From an uncultured virus (IMG/VR IMGVR_UViG_3300030095_006218) (lineage: Duplodnaviria > Heunggongvirae > Uroviricota > Caudoviricetes), in the IMG/VR virus record IMGVR_UViG_3300030095_006218: 64,000 nucleotides of DNA; one strand, given 5' to 3'. The position numbers and the translations under genes were made by a program. Below are positions 30,338-38,007 of the stretch, piece after piece; position 1 is the first letter of the stretch, and every line of letters starts with the position of its first letter. Under the pieces are notes generated by a model. It ran no database searches. It had not been told where the DNA came from and worked only from the letters and a program-made list of their open reading frames with translations.

Positions 30338-30601
30338 TCATTTTTTCTTTCTCTTTCGCTTTTTTGAAATAATGTGATAATCAAACACCCATACAATTGG
30401 TTTTGACTTCTTCTTATATGGTACACCACTTTTTCTCAATTGTTCAATTTCATTTTGATATATTAATTGTGCTTCCCAGCCGTCAGTACCCCAGCCGGTT
30501 TTCGATTTAAATACGCGTTTCAATAGTTTTACATGGACTTTGGGCCCTGCAAAGGACTCAACTAATACTATATCACCCGGTTTTAAAGATTCAGTTGACA
30601 T
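30338..30601 (-). CDS. Small hypothetical protein (xxGDxV start)
   Basis: LKPGDIVLVE. Confidence 0.55.
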   Translation of the reverse strand: MSTESLKPGDIVLVESFAGPKVHVKLLKRVFKSKTGWGTDGWEAQLIYQNEIEQLRKSGVPYKKKSKPIVWVFDYHIISKKRKRKKK

Positions 30602-31515
30602 GCACTATTTTCGCGATATTTAAATAGTGCCAACTCCTTGTGTTTGGCCTCAATCATAATATCGAAAGAATTACCGTAATCATTAAGTGTATTGTAAACC
30701 AAATCTGAATGTGCTTGCGGTTTAATCTTAGGATTATTGTGCTCGATAGAGCGTGATTCAGCGTAGTGTACCACAGGCTTGATGTCGCCCCACGTAGACA
30801 AGGCAAGCTCAAGTGCTTCTTGTTCAGTCTGACCACCGGGATGAAGCATGTGATGATGGTAGTCAAACACAATGGGAATGCCAATACGTTTGTATACACC
30901 TTCATATAGCTCAAGCGTGGAGTATAATGATGTTTTGTCATCATTCTCGACGGTCAAGCGTGTACGTACATTCTCTGGCAGACGTTCAAAGTTGCGGCAA
31001 AAATTATCGAGGGCAAACGGTTTGTCACCGTAGGCAGCACCAACGTGAATATTAAGCTTGGCGTATGGTGTTCGTGGCAAGCCGATAAGATCAAACAATT
31101 GTGCATGCACAGATAAGTCGGTCTTGGTAAGCTGAAACACTCGTTCCTTGGGTGATGCTAGCTTATTAAACGGCCCAGGATGCGATGTGAGACGCATTCC
31201 GTGCTTACGGGCAAAGTTACCCGCCTTGAGTGCTGCAGCGTGTATAGCGCCGAAATTGGGCATATCTGGTAGGTTATACTCACTAGCCCATGGCAGGATA
31301 TCAGATGACAAGCGATAAAAGTATATGTCGTGCTGTAAATTCCATTCTAGAATAGTGTGTAAATCGCGCAAATTTTGAAGTGCTAATTCTGAAGCATATT
31401 CAATTCCGCGATCTTTGAACGTACGTTTAATCATTGTACGGTTGGTTGTGATACGTTGTGATTTTGGCAAAGCCGAAAATCCCATATTAATGCAAGCATA
31501 GCCTAAATTATGCAT
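30583..31515 (-). CDS. uvsE: UV-damage endonuclease
   Basis: LGYACIN, RLSSD, HPGPF, IHVG, ENDD, DYHHH, HSD, EAKHKE. Confidence 0.93.
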   Translation of the reverse strand: MHNLGYACINMGFSALPKSQRITTNRTMIKRTFKDRGIEYASELALQNLRDLHTILEWNLQHDIYFYRLSSDILPWASEYNLPDMPNFGAIHAAALKAGNFARKHGMRLTSHPGPFNKLASPKERVFQLTKTDLSVHAQLFDLIGLPRTPYAKLNIHVGAAYGDKPFALDNFCRNFERLPENVRTRLTVENDDKTSLYSTLELYEGVYKRIGIPIVFDYHHHMLHPGGQTEQEALELALSTWGDIKPVVHYAESRSIEHNNPKIKPQAHSDLVYNTLNDYGNSFDIMIEAKHKELALFKYRENSACQLNL

Positions 31516-31537
31516 GTTATCTCCTTTGTTGAAAAAA

Positions 31538-31612
31538 TGGAGCGGATGACTGGATTCGAACCAGCGACGACCACGTTGGCAACGTGGGACTCTACCACTG
31601 AGCTACATCCGC
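31538..31612 (-). tRNA. tRNA-Gly(GCC)
   Basis: GCGGATG...TTGCCAA...GGTTCGAATCC...CATCCGCTCCA cloverleaf with encoded CCA. Confidence 0.95.
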
Positions 31613-31614
31613 AA

Positions 31615-31691
31615 TGGCTGGGGCAGTAGGACTCGAACCTACAACGGCCGGGGTAACAACCCGGTGCACCTGCCTGTGGCGCTTCACCCCA
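31615..31691 (-). tRNA. tRNA-Asn(GTT), atypical body
   Basis: CCGGG-TTGTTAC-CCCGG anticodon arm, GGTTCGAGTCC T arm, GCCA end; A at position 8 and unusual D arm. Confidence 0.8.
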
Positions 31692-31696
31692 TTAAA

Positions 31697-31782
31697 TGGT
31701 AGGAGTGGAGGGAGTCGAACCCTCACGCCTGAATCGGCTGCAGATTTTAAGTCTGCTGTGTCTACCATTCCACCACACTCCC
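31697..31782 (-). tRNA. tRNA-Leu(TAA)
   Basis: GCAGA-CTTAAAA-TCTGC arm, long variable arm, ACCA end. Confidence 0.93.
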
Positions 31783-31792
31783 CTATACTACT

Positions 31793-31821
31793 ATAATACC
31801 AAAAATGCCCACCTTTGTCAA
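31793..31821 (-). promoter_or_regulatory. Sigma70-type promoter of the tRNA cluster
   Basis: TTGACA-N17-TATTAT about 10 nt upstream of tRNA-Leu. Confidence 0.75.
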
Positions 31822-31937
31822 GCAATAGATGGACATTTATATAAAATTGCGAGGCAACTGATTACCCTTTGCCTCTCCCGTGGGCCTAATCTTGAAAATG
31901 GGGTGTGGGAATTGGGGGAATTCAAGACTAGGATTGT

Positions 31938-32387
31938 TTATGTTCGTTTACTTCTCTCGCCGCGTTCCATCCCCTTCACCCTATTGACAATCGAGCTACT
32001 GCTATCCGCCTTCTCTCCGCCTATGTTCCATAAAAGCTCGATGCCCTCTTTTTCGCAGACTGCTATCTCGGGTGTATTAGTGTTCAGTCTGTCTCCGCCA
32101 TTCGCAAAATATGTTGGTTTCTCTCGACGTAAAGCTTCGCATACTGTATTATCAGAATCATCTACTCTGACTACCTTCTTTACGCCGCGTACTGCCTCTA
32201 GAATTTCCGCTCTATGTTCCCACTGCATAAATGAAAATCCTTTTTTGCGTGTAAGCCATTCATCACTGTTTAAAATGATAATAACTTCACCGTATTTTGC
32301 TGCCTCTAAAATCATTCTTATGTGGCCCTTGTGTACCGGATCGAATCCGCCGGAGACGGCCACTGTATCATATGGAGTTTTTTGCAT
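31938..32387 (-). CDS. HxGH cytidylyl/adenylyltransferase (TagD/RfaE-like)
   Basis: SGGFDPVHKGH, NSDEWL..KKG, ANGGDR, SSS. Confidence 0.85.
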   Translation of the reverse strand: MQKTPYDTVAVSGGFDPVHKGHIRMILEAAKYGEVIIILNSDEWLTRKKGFSFMQWEHRAEILEAVRGVKKVVRVDDSDNTVCEALRREKPTYFANGGDRLNTNTPEIAVCEKEGIELLWNIGGEKADSSSSIVNRVKGMERGERSKRT

Positions 32388-32533
32388 TATGTCCTTTTTT
32401 ATTAATCTAAGTAGTTATTGGTTTTGTAATGAGCACCAAAAAATAGCCTGATCTGTCAGCATTCCAAGAACAAATCCGACACAAAAATATATCATTGTTC
32501 TAAATTGGCTAAACTGATTTTCTGATCTGTCCA

Positions 32534-33022
32534 TTATTTGCCTGTTATTCCCAAGTAGCCCTTTTTTCGGGCTTGCTGCGGGGATGTTCCCCAACCATGC
32601 ATAGTGCCCAAGGAGAAATCGCTAGCTGGATTGTGAAGATCAACTCCGAAGCCGGCGCCGTCGCAGTCCGGTTCTGCTTTTGAACCACAGCCGGCCAAAT
32701 TACCAAGACGATCTATCTTTAATTGAGCAGCCGGAAAGATGGATGAGCAGTGGAGACAAAATAACTCTTCTTGCTCTCGTATGCCATGTGCGGTATTTGT
32801 ACCACTAGACGAAGTATCCGATGGAATCAATGGATCACTATAGCCAAACGGTACACATTCCTTTTGAGATAATACTATCTCATTTGTTGCCGGTGCTACT
32901 TCTTGTAATTCCGGTGGCAAAGGTTCTGCTAACACCGCCCTGCCGATATCAACAATCATTTGATGTTGACGTTCCATTTCTTCGTAATCGATTTTCTTTT
33001 TATTATTCATTGTTACCCCCAA
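32534..33022 (-). CDS. Hypothetical protein with Cys motifs
   Basis: CLHC...C..C. Confidence 0.55.
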   Translation of the reverse strand: MGVTMNNKKKIDYEEMERQHQMIVDIGRAVLAEPLPPELQEVAPATNEIVLSQKECVPFGYSDPLIPSDTSSSGTNTAHGIREQEELFCLHCSSIFPAAQLKIDRLGNLAGCGSKAEPDCDGAGFGVDLHNPASDFSLGTMHGWGTSPQQARKKGYLGITGK

Positions 33023-33101
33023 TTATAATTGAATACATTTTAAAAACAACAACCCAGTGATAATTCCCGTTATGGAACTTATAATCATCACGTTAGTTGT
33101 G

Positions 33102-33308
33102 TCATTTACGTTTATTTTTTGAAGCCATTTCTTTGGCCCATGGATTTGTTTCCGTGTCATCTTCCACACTCTCAATATCTATTATACCCTTTTCTTCGCA
33201 ACTTTGTAAAGCCATTTCTTCTGATTCTGCTGATAACCAAAAAGTTATTACTAATCCTTCCGGTTTGTGGATTGTTGTGTTACGACCACGTATTTTATAA
33301 AATGGCAT
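33102..33308 (-). CDS. Hypothetical protein
   Basis: Start placed at MPFYKIRG directly after tRNA-Arg. Confidence 0.55.
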   Translation of the reverse strand: MPFYKIRGRNTTIHKPEGLVITFWLSAESEEMALQSCEEKGIIDIESVEDDTETNPWAKEMASKNKRK

Positions 33309-33309
33309 A

Positions 33310-33386
33310 TGGTACCCCGAGCAGGATTCGAACCTGCGGCCCACGGCTTAGAAGGCCGTTGCTCTATCCAGCTGAGCTATCGGGGC
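33310..33386 (-). tRNA. tRNA-Arg(TCT)
   Basis: GCCCCGA...ACGGC-CTTCTAA-GCCGT...GGTTCGAATCC...TCGGGGTACCA. Confidence 0.95.
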
Positions 33387-34200
33387 TTAAAGTACTTAAT
33401 ATTCGTTCAATAATCTCGATAGTCTCTGTGGGATTTTTTGTTTCGAAGCTTCTGCCCGCGGGCTTTAATTCATCATATAGATGTTGGTCATTTCCTCCGG
33501 GCTGGCACTTATCGCCAACAAACCAGCAAGTTTGTTCCGGAAACCATCGAAGAGCGTATGTTTTGTCCCAGCCAGTCGGGTATATATCAAAAGAGGTTGA
33601 ACCACCCAGCGCCACAGTTAATTGATCTGATAACCCGTTCGTTACGAGCCACATATCTATCGTATCTTTGATGCCGTTACGGAAATTCACCGCATTATCA
33701 AAATCGACAAAAGCTGCCCTTTCTTTTTGATTTGCATTTCGTCCAATTGGGCACCAATTAATCATAGAGCCGCGGTACTGAATAAAGTTTCCTGTTAAGG
33801 CTTGCCCAGACATTACTAAGGTTTGAGTTTCGCTGGCTTGAAAATCAATCAGTGCAGCCATCACATTGATAAATGATTCTTCGCCTAGGTTTGCAGCCAT
33901 ATTATTTGAGGCTATTTCCTTTTTAAGACCGAGACTGTCATATACAATATATTTTGTGCCATTGCACGGTAAAAGATGCAACTGTGGCCCTTCCGGCCAA
34001 TATGGATGCTCTATAACTTCATCAAGCAGGAGTCCAACCTGCTCATGAATATAGTCTTCCGGCGAGCCTGTTACTATCCCCACATCATGGCCATTGGCTA
34101 AAATACTTAGAACCTTATTGGTTGTAACCATATCGATCCTTTGGCGTGGTTCAGTTAAGGTGCCGTCCATATCAAATAAGATAATATTTTCTACCGACAA
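33364..34200 (-). CDS. Eukaryote-type phosphomannomutase (HAD class IIB)
   Basis: LFDMDGTLT, YRGSMINWCPIGRNA..ER, GGSTSFDIYPTGWDKTY, VGDK..PGGND. Confidence 0.88.
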   Translation of the reverse strand: MSVENIILFDMDGTLTEPRQRIDMVTTNKVLSILANGHDVGIVTGSPEDYIHEQVGLLLDEVIEHPYWPEGPQLHLLPCNGTKYIVYDSLGLKKEIASNNMAANLGEESFINVMAALIDFQASETQTLVMSGQALTGNFIQYRGSMINWCPIGRNANQKERAAFVDFDNAVNFRNGIKDTIDMWLVTNGLSDQLTVALGGSTSFDIYPTGWDKTYALRWFPEQTCWFVGDKCQPGGNDQHLYDELKPAGRSFETKNPTETIEIIERILSTLSPDSSAG

Positions 34201-34221
34201 AACTTTACTCTCAATTATATG

Positions 34222-34440
34222 TTAACCAACGTTGCCTAAGTTGGCCTTTCCGGACCTAAGATGCTCTACAATTGTCAAAACATCCTGTCCGATGGTACCA
34301 ATATCTGCACCGATGCGAGACTTAAGCTGGTTTAGTTCACCCTTTGTCAGATTAAGCTCATCTGATAGCGTGTTTACACGCATTGCTAGTGTGTTAAGTT
34401 GCTCTTGTTGCTTATCAAAAGCTTTCTTTGATACAGTCAT
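34222..34440 (-). CDS. Small coiled-coil protein
   Basis: Heptad pattern; AGGAGG RBS. Confidence 0.6.
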   Translation of the reverse strand: MTVSKKAFDKQQEQLNTLAMRVNTLSDELNLTKGELNQLKSRIGADIGTIGQDVLTIVEHLRSGKANLGNVG

Positions 34441-34465
34441 GTGTATCCTCCTTTATAAATTAAAA

Positions 34466-34495
34466 TGGTAGGTCGAGTGGGATTCGAACCCACAT
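34466..34495 (-). pseudogene. Isolated tRNA 3' fragment (T arm + acceptor strand + CCA)
   Basis: GTGGGTTCGAATCCCACTCGACCTACCA with no matching 5' half upstream. Confidence 0.65.
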
Positions 34496-34528
34496 TCTAT
34501 ATCAGTATACTATAAACAAATCTAAATT

Positions 34529-34771
34529 TCAAGTATTTTTTTTAATTTTAGACTTAAATTTGTTCTTGATATTGGTCATAAGAGTTTTCTTTTCCTTACG
34601 TTGAATGGTTGCATTAACCTCTTCAGTTTTAAGGTCATATTCTTCTTTTAGTTCTCCCATTACCAAATCAAACTCATCTGTAATTTCTTCAACTTCTGTG
34701 ACTTCATATACGTCATGGCGCTGCATTGCTGTAAGGTTCTTACTTTGCAGTTTTTTAAATTCGTCACTCAT
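34529..34771 (-). CDS. Hypothetical protein
   Basis: ORF in operon. Confidence 0.55.
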   Translation of the reverse strand: MSDEFKKLQSKNLTAMQRHDVYEVTEVEEITDEFDLVMGELKEEYDLKTEEVNATIQRKEKKTLMTNIKNKFKSKIKKNT

Positions 34772-34774
34772 ATT

Positions 34775-35182
34775 CTATTCCCGTTCCATAGCTTTAGGCA
34801 TAGCAATCACTGCAGCCGTGCCGTCGTGACAGAACATATAACTGGTTGCAGCTGCAGCTTCTGGTGTTAGTGAATTATTTAAATACGCCATATAATAGTG
34901 CCCAGACCAGTCTGTAACCTTGGCTGGTGTATCACAGCCAATCACGACCATATGCGGTTCTGCAATTTGTACAGATATATTTTTGCACACCATATCTAAA
35001 TTGGCTAATATACCATCAATGCATGGACTGTTAGAAGATTCAAACTCTGGTCCAGCGAACTGGCCGTACCCACCTCGAAGGTCGGAATCGAGTGTACCAA
35101 AGACACCCGGGTGTTTCGCACAGCCTAATAGGCTGGCAATCATCATAATTATCATTTTATCCTCATATATAATATAACACAC
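34775..35182 (-). CDS. Putative lipoprotein (true start probably MIIMMIA)
   Basis: Hydrophobic stretch ending LLGC. Confidence 0.5.
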   Translation of the reverse strand: MCYIIYEDKMIIMMIASLLGCAKHPGVFGTLDSDLRGGYGQFAGPEFESSNSPCIDGILANLDMVCKNISVQIAEPHMVVIGCDTPAKVTDWSGHYYMAYLNNSLTPEAAAATSYMFCHDGTAAVIAMPKAMERE

Positions 35183-35199
35183 GAACGTTCGTGTGTCAA
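35171..35199 (-). promoter_or_regulatory. Sigma70 promoter with a perfect 20-bp palindrome over the spacer
   Basis: TTGACA-N17-TATATT; ACACACGAACGTTCGTGTGT at 35177-35196. Confidence 0.65.
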
Positions 35200-35201
35200 G
35201 T

Positions 35202-35230
35202 AAAAAGGGCGAATAAATCGCCCTTTTTTT
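35202..35230. terminator. Intrinsic terminator, bidirectional form
   Basis: AAAAAGGGCGA-ATAAA-TCGCCCTTTTTTT directly after the DoxX-like gene. Confidence 0.8.
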
Positions 35231-35232
35231 AA

Positions 35233-35637
35233 TTAATCAAGTAGCCAAGTTAGGTGTTCCCTGTTATCCCAAATGAGATATACCTCTAACCCTGCAACAA
35301 CCAAAGCTAGTAAAAGACCTCCCGGGTCCAGTACAGCATGATATGCTACGATATTGACTACAATTGGCGCCAAGGCAACCAAAGCAAGACGTACGTGCCT
35401 GTTTAAGAGTAGTGCCACGCCGGCAGCTATCTCAACGGTCTTCAGCAGTGGAAGTAAGTAGCCAGTTGCTGCAAGGGCGCCCAAAAAAGCGCCTCCCTCT
35501 GGTGAGGGTTCAGGTGTTGGCACAAGTCCTACAAAGGCGTTAACGCCAAAGACGACAAATACAAGGCCGAGCGTATAACGCGCTAGCGTGGCCCAATCGA
35601 CGTCTAGATTTAAATTTAACTTCATAATATTCTCCAT
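35233..35637 (-). CDS. DoxX-family membrane protein
   Basis: ARYTLGLVFVVFG.N, GYL.PL...EI..G..LL, PIVVNI..YH; four hydrophobic segments. Confidence 0.8.
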   Translation of the reverse strand: MENIMKLNLNLDVDWATLARYTLGLVFVVFGVNAFVGLVPTPEPSPEGGAFLGALAATGYLLPLLKTVEIAAGVALLLNRHVRLALVALAPIVVNIVAYHAVLDPGGLLLALVVAGLEVYLIWDNREHLTWLLD

Positions 35638-35683
35638 TTGTTAAACATTGTTATAATATCATAAGCCACAAATATTGTTAAGC

Positions 35684-35929
35684 TTACTTTCGGGGCAGTA
35701 CCCACTGAGAAGTTTTATTTTTATCTCTTTCGATGCATATACACTTCTTAGCAGTAACTGTACCCATTTGTGTGAATGTGTTACTACATGCAACTTCACA
35801 TTGTTCAATAGTATTACCATTCAAGTTGTTGTTGATAATCCATGTACCGGCAATTGCTGCCAAACATAAGTACAGAATTGCTTTAGAAATAGAATTACCA
35901 ATTGTTTTTACGTTTTCATTGTCACTCAT
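35684..35929 (-). CDS. Small membrane protein with Cys-rich C-terminus
   Basis: Start placed at MSDNENV; the upstream extension in the ORF track lies inside tmRNA. Confidence 0.55.
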   Translation of the reverse strand: MSDNENVKTIGNSISKAILYLCLAAIAGTWIINNNLNGNTIEQCEVACSNTFTQMGTVTAKKCICIERDKNKTSQWVLPRK

Positions 35930-35951
35930 ATATTTTCCAATATGTAAAAGA

Positions 35952-36284
35952 TGGTGGAGGCGGCGGGAGTCGAACCCGCGTCCAAAATAAGTCCAATTGT
36001 AGTCATTTACAAGCTTGGCCAATTTACTATCACAAATTGGCAAAGATAGGTGGTCATAGTCTAATGCTTACCACCCTGTTGCACTAGACGGTTTGATTTT
36101 TACAACTTATCTGTTGTTTTGCTCAAATTGGATAGAAGGTTTTGAGCGACCTCCCTACTAAGCGGCTAAGCGCTGTTCGAAGTGGTTGTTGTTGTTTGCA
36201 ACTATTGTTTTTGAACTGTTAAGGTCGTATCTAACCTACCTGCACTTTTCCTCTTTCTTACCCTGTCGAATCCTTATCGCCCCC
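35952..36284 (-). ncRNA. ssrA: tmRNA
   Basis: 5' GGGGGCGATAAGGATTCGAC, 3' GGACGCGGGTTCGACTCCCGCCGCCTCCACCA (G3-U70); tag frame 36199-36158 ANNNNHFEQRLAA*. Confidence 0.95.
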
Positions 36285-36349
36285 TTAATATTAACAGCAG
36301 CTTTCGCACTCACATGCACAGCATTCACAGCATTTACACTTTTTCATAA

Positions 36350-36565
36350 TCAAGTCCCTCCTTTAATTTTCTTAACTATTACGCCAACTGGCGTATGATC
36401 TTCTGCATCTAGCCAAATTAACTTTTCACCTCTACTCTCTGCTTTTACAGCGTGAGCAAAGTTAATCTCTTTCTTTGCTCTCTTCAGCGCGGCTGATTCA
36501 CTGCTGTGTTTACTTACAAGGTCACCCTGAATGTAGTGACCGTTCCATTTATAAATTCTCCACAT
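36350..36565 (-). CDS. Hypothetical protein
   Basis: ORF coupled to upstream gene. Confidence 0.6.
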   Translation of the reverse strand: MWRIYKWNGHYIQGDLVSKHSSESAALKRAKKEINFAHAVKAESRGEKLIWLDAEDHTPVGVIVKKIKGGT

Positions 36566-36936
36566 TATGATTCTTCCTCACTTTCTTCACTAAAGTAATT
36601 ATCTGCAGAATACTTTTTTTCGATTCTACGTAGCTCAATTCTGGATAATCCTAAAAACCTTGCTGCTTCGCCCTTTGACCGGGTGGCTGAAAGAGCGAAT
36701 TTGATAACAGCATCTTTCGTAATATTTGGCATAGAGCGCCAGATAGGTAATCCATAAAGTCGCTTACCAGCGACGTCTGAAGATAATTCTAATTTCAACG
36801 CTATAGCCTCTTCAAGCGATAAATTGTTCAGCATGATCTCAAACTCTTCACTTGTTTTACCTTCCCGCCGGAGCTTTTTTGCCGTGCTGTAGTACTTGCT
36901 GGCGCCGTCATGATAATTCTTCTTTTTCCAAACCAT
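36565..36936 (-). CDS. Fis-like HTH DNA-binding protein
   Basis: C-terminal AL..TRSKGEAARFLGLSR.EL. Confidence 0.65.
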   Translation of the reverse strand: MVWKKKNYHDGASKYYSTAKKLRREGKTSEEFEIMLNNLSLEEAIALKLELSSDVAGKRLYGLPIWRSMPNITKDAVIKFALSATRSKGEAARFLGLSRIELRRIEKKYSADNYFSEESEEES

Positions 36937-36942
36937 GTAACC

Positions 36943-36971
36943 ATCATACAGTAAAAGATCTCTTCTGTCAA
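36943..36971 (-). promoter_or_regulatory. Sigma70 promoter (predicted leaderless mRNA)
   Basis: TTGACA-N17-TATGAT, -10 ends 7 nt before the ATG at 36936. Confidence 0.65.
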
Positions 36972-37125
36972 ATAATTTCTTTAAGAAACTTTCTTTTTTT
37001 ATAAACCTTCTTTCCTTCTCTTAAGGGATTAAGAATAGTTATTTTAAAGAAAGAAAAAGATATATATAAATATATATCCAAAAAGAAAGAAAAAAGCTTT
37101 AAGATCTCTTCAGAGTGTAGTACTA

Positions 37126-38007
37126 TTAGAAAGTAGCTTCTTCTTCAGGCGGCATAGCCGCTTCTTCATCGCCAAAACCAGCCATTTCCTCTTCTCCAGC
37201 CGGCGCAGCCATATCAGATTGTGCGTCTTCGTATTCCGGAGTGGTTGGCTCTTCTACCGTCGCCAACATAGCATCTTCAGCTATATCAAAATGCATTTTC
37301 AAATTAGTAATCATGTAATCGTAAAACTTCTTTCGGTCTCGTTCATCGCCTAATTCGTTGTATGCACTCTTGATTTGATTTTCAACTTCTTTGAAAGAGC
37401 GATGCGCTCGATTTCTACCAGTAATATCATGGCCAGCATCTTCAATGCCGCTAGCAAATTCTCTTCTTTCTACTTCTTCAGCATCAACTTCGGGCTCACC
37501 GGTTTCACCCTCTCCCTCAACATCAATAAAGGCATCTTCCGGAGGTACCTCATCTTCTTCAATGTCAAGTTCAAAATCTTGCTCTTTAAGGTGCGTTAAC
37601 AGCTCATCTAAGGCATCGACGTCACTTTCAGCATCGGCTGCATCTAAATTGACTTCAATGGGAGTCAGGGTGTTCTTAACAGCATTAATGATATGGGCGC
37701 GAAAAGATCTGCGCTGTTCAGTGTCTGTTGTTAGTTGTTTGTAATCATCCTTAAGAGTCTTAATAATTTTACCTAGCACATCACGTAATACATTAATACC
37801 GGTCGACCGCGAAGGAACATCGCTAGACACTTCCGCGCGTTCTTGTAAGATATAACTACGTACAATTTGACGCAGAACATCTTCTTCCTTTTTTTGTTCT
37901 TGCAGCACTTGATGCCGCTTAGCCTTTACGCGTCGAATAATCTTGCGTACATTCTCTCTCAGTAATTGTTCTTGAATAAGTTCTTCTCTATGGTTTGACA
38001 TTTCCAT
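37126..38007 (-). CDS. Acidic hypothetical protein, possible virion protein
   Basis: LLRENVRKII and LRQIVRSYILQE helices; very acidic. Confidence 0.65.
   Translation of the reverse strand: MEMSNHREELIQEQLLRENVRKIIRRVKAKRHQVLQEQKKEEDVLRQIVRSYILQERAEVSSDVPSRSTGINVLRDVLGKIIKTLKDDYKQLTTDTEQRRSFRAHIINAVKNTLTPIEVNLDAADAESDVDALDELLTHLKEQDFELDIEEDEVPPEDAFIDVEGEGETGEPEVDAEEVERREFASGIEDAGHDITGRNRAHRSFKEVENQIKSAYNELGDERDRKKFYDYMITNLKMHFDIAEDAMLATVEEPTTPEYEDAQSDMAAPAGEEEMAGFGDEEAAMPPEEEATF

Noticed and set aside
31592..32451. ORFs 31592-31825, 31614-31796 and 31696-32451
   Set aside because: They overlap three tRNAs or are antisense to the cytidylyltransferase gene.
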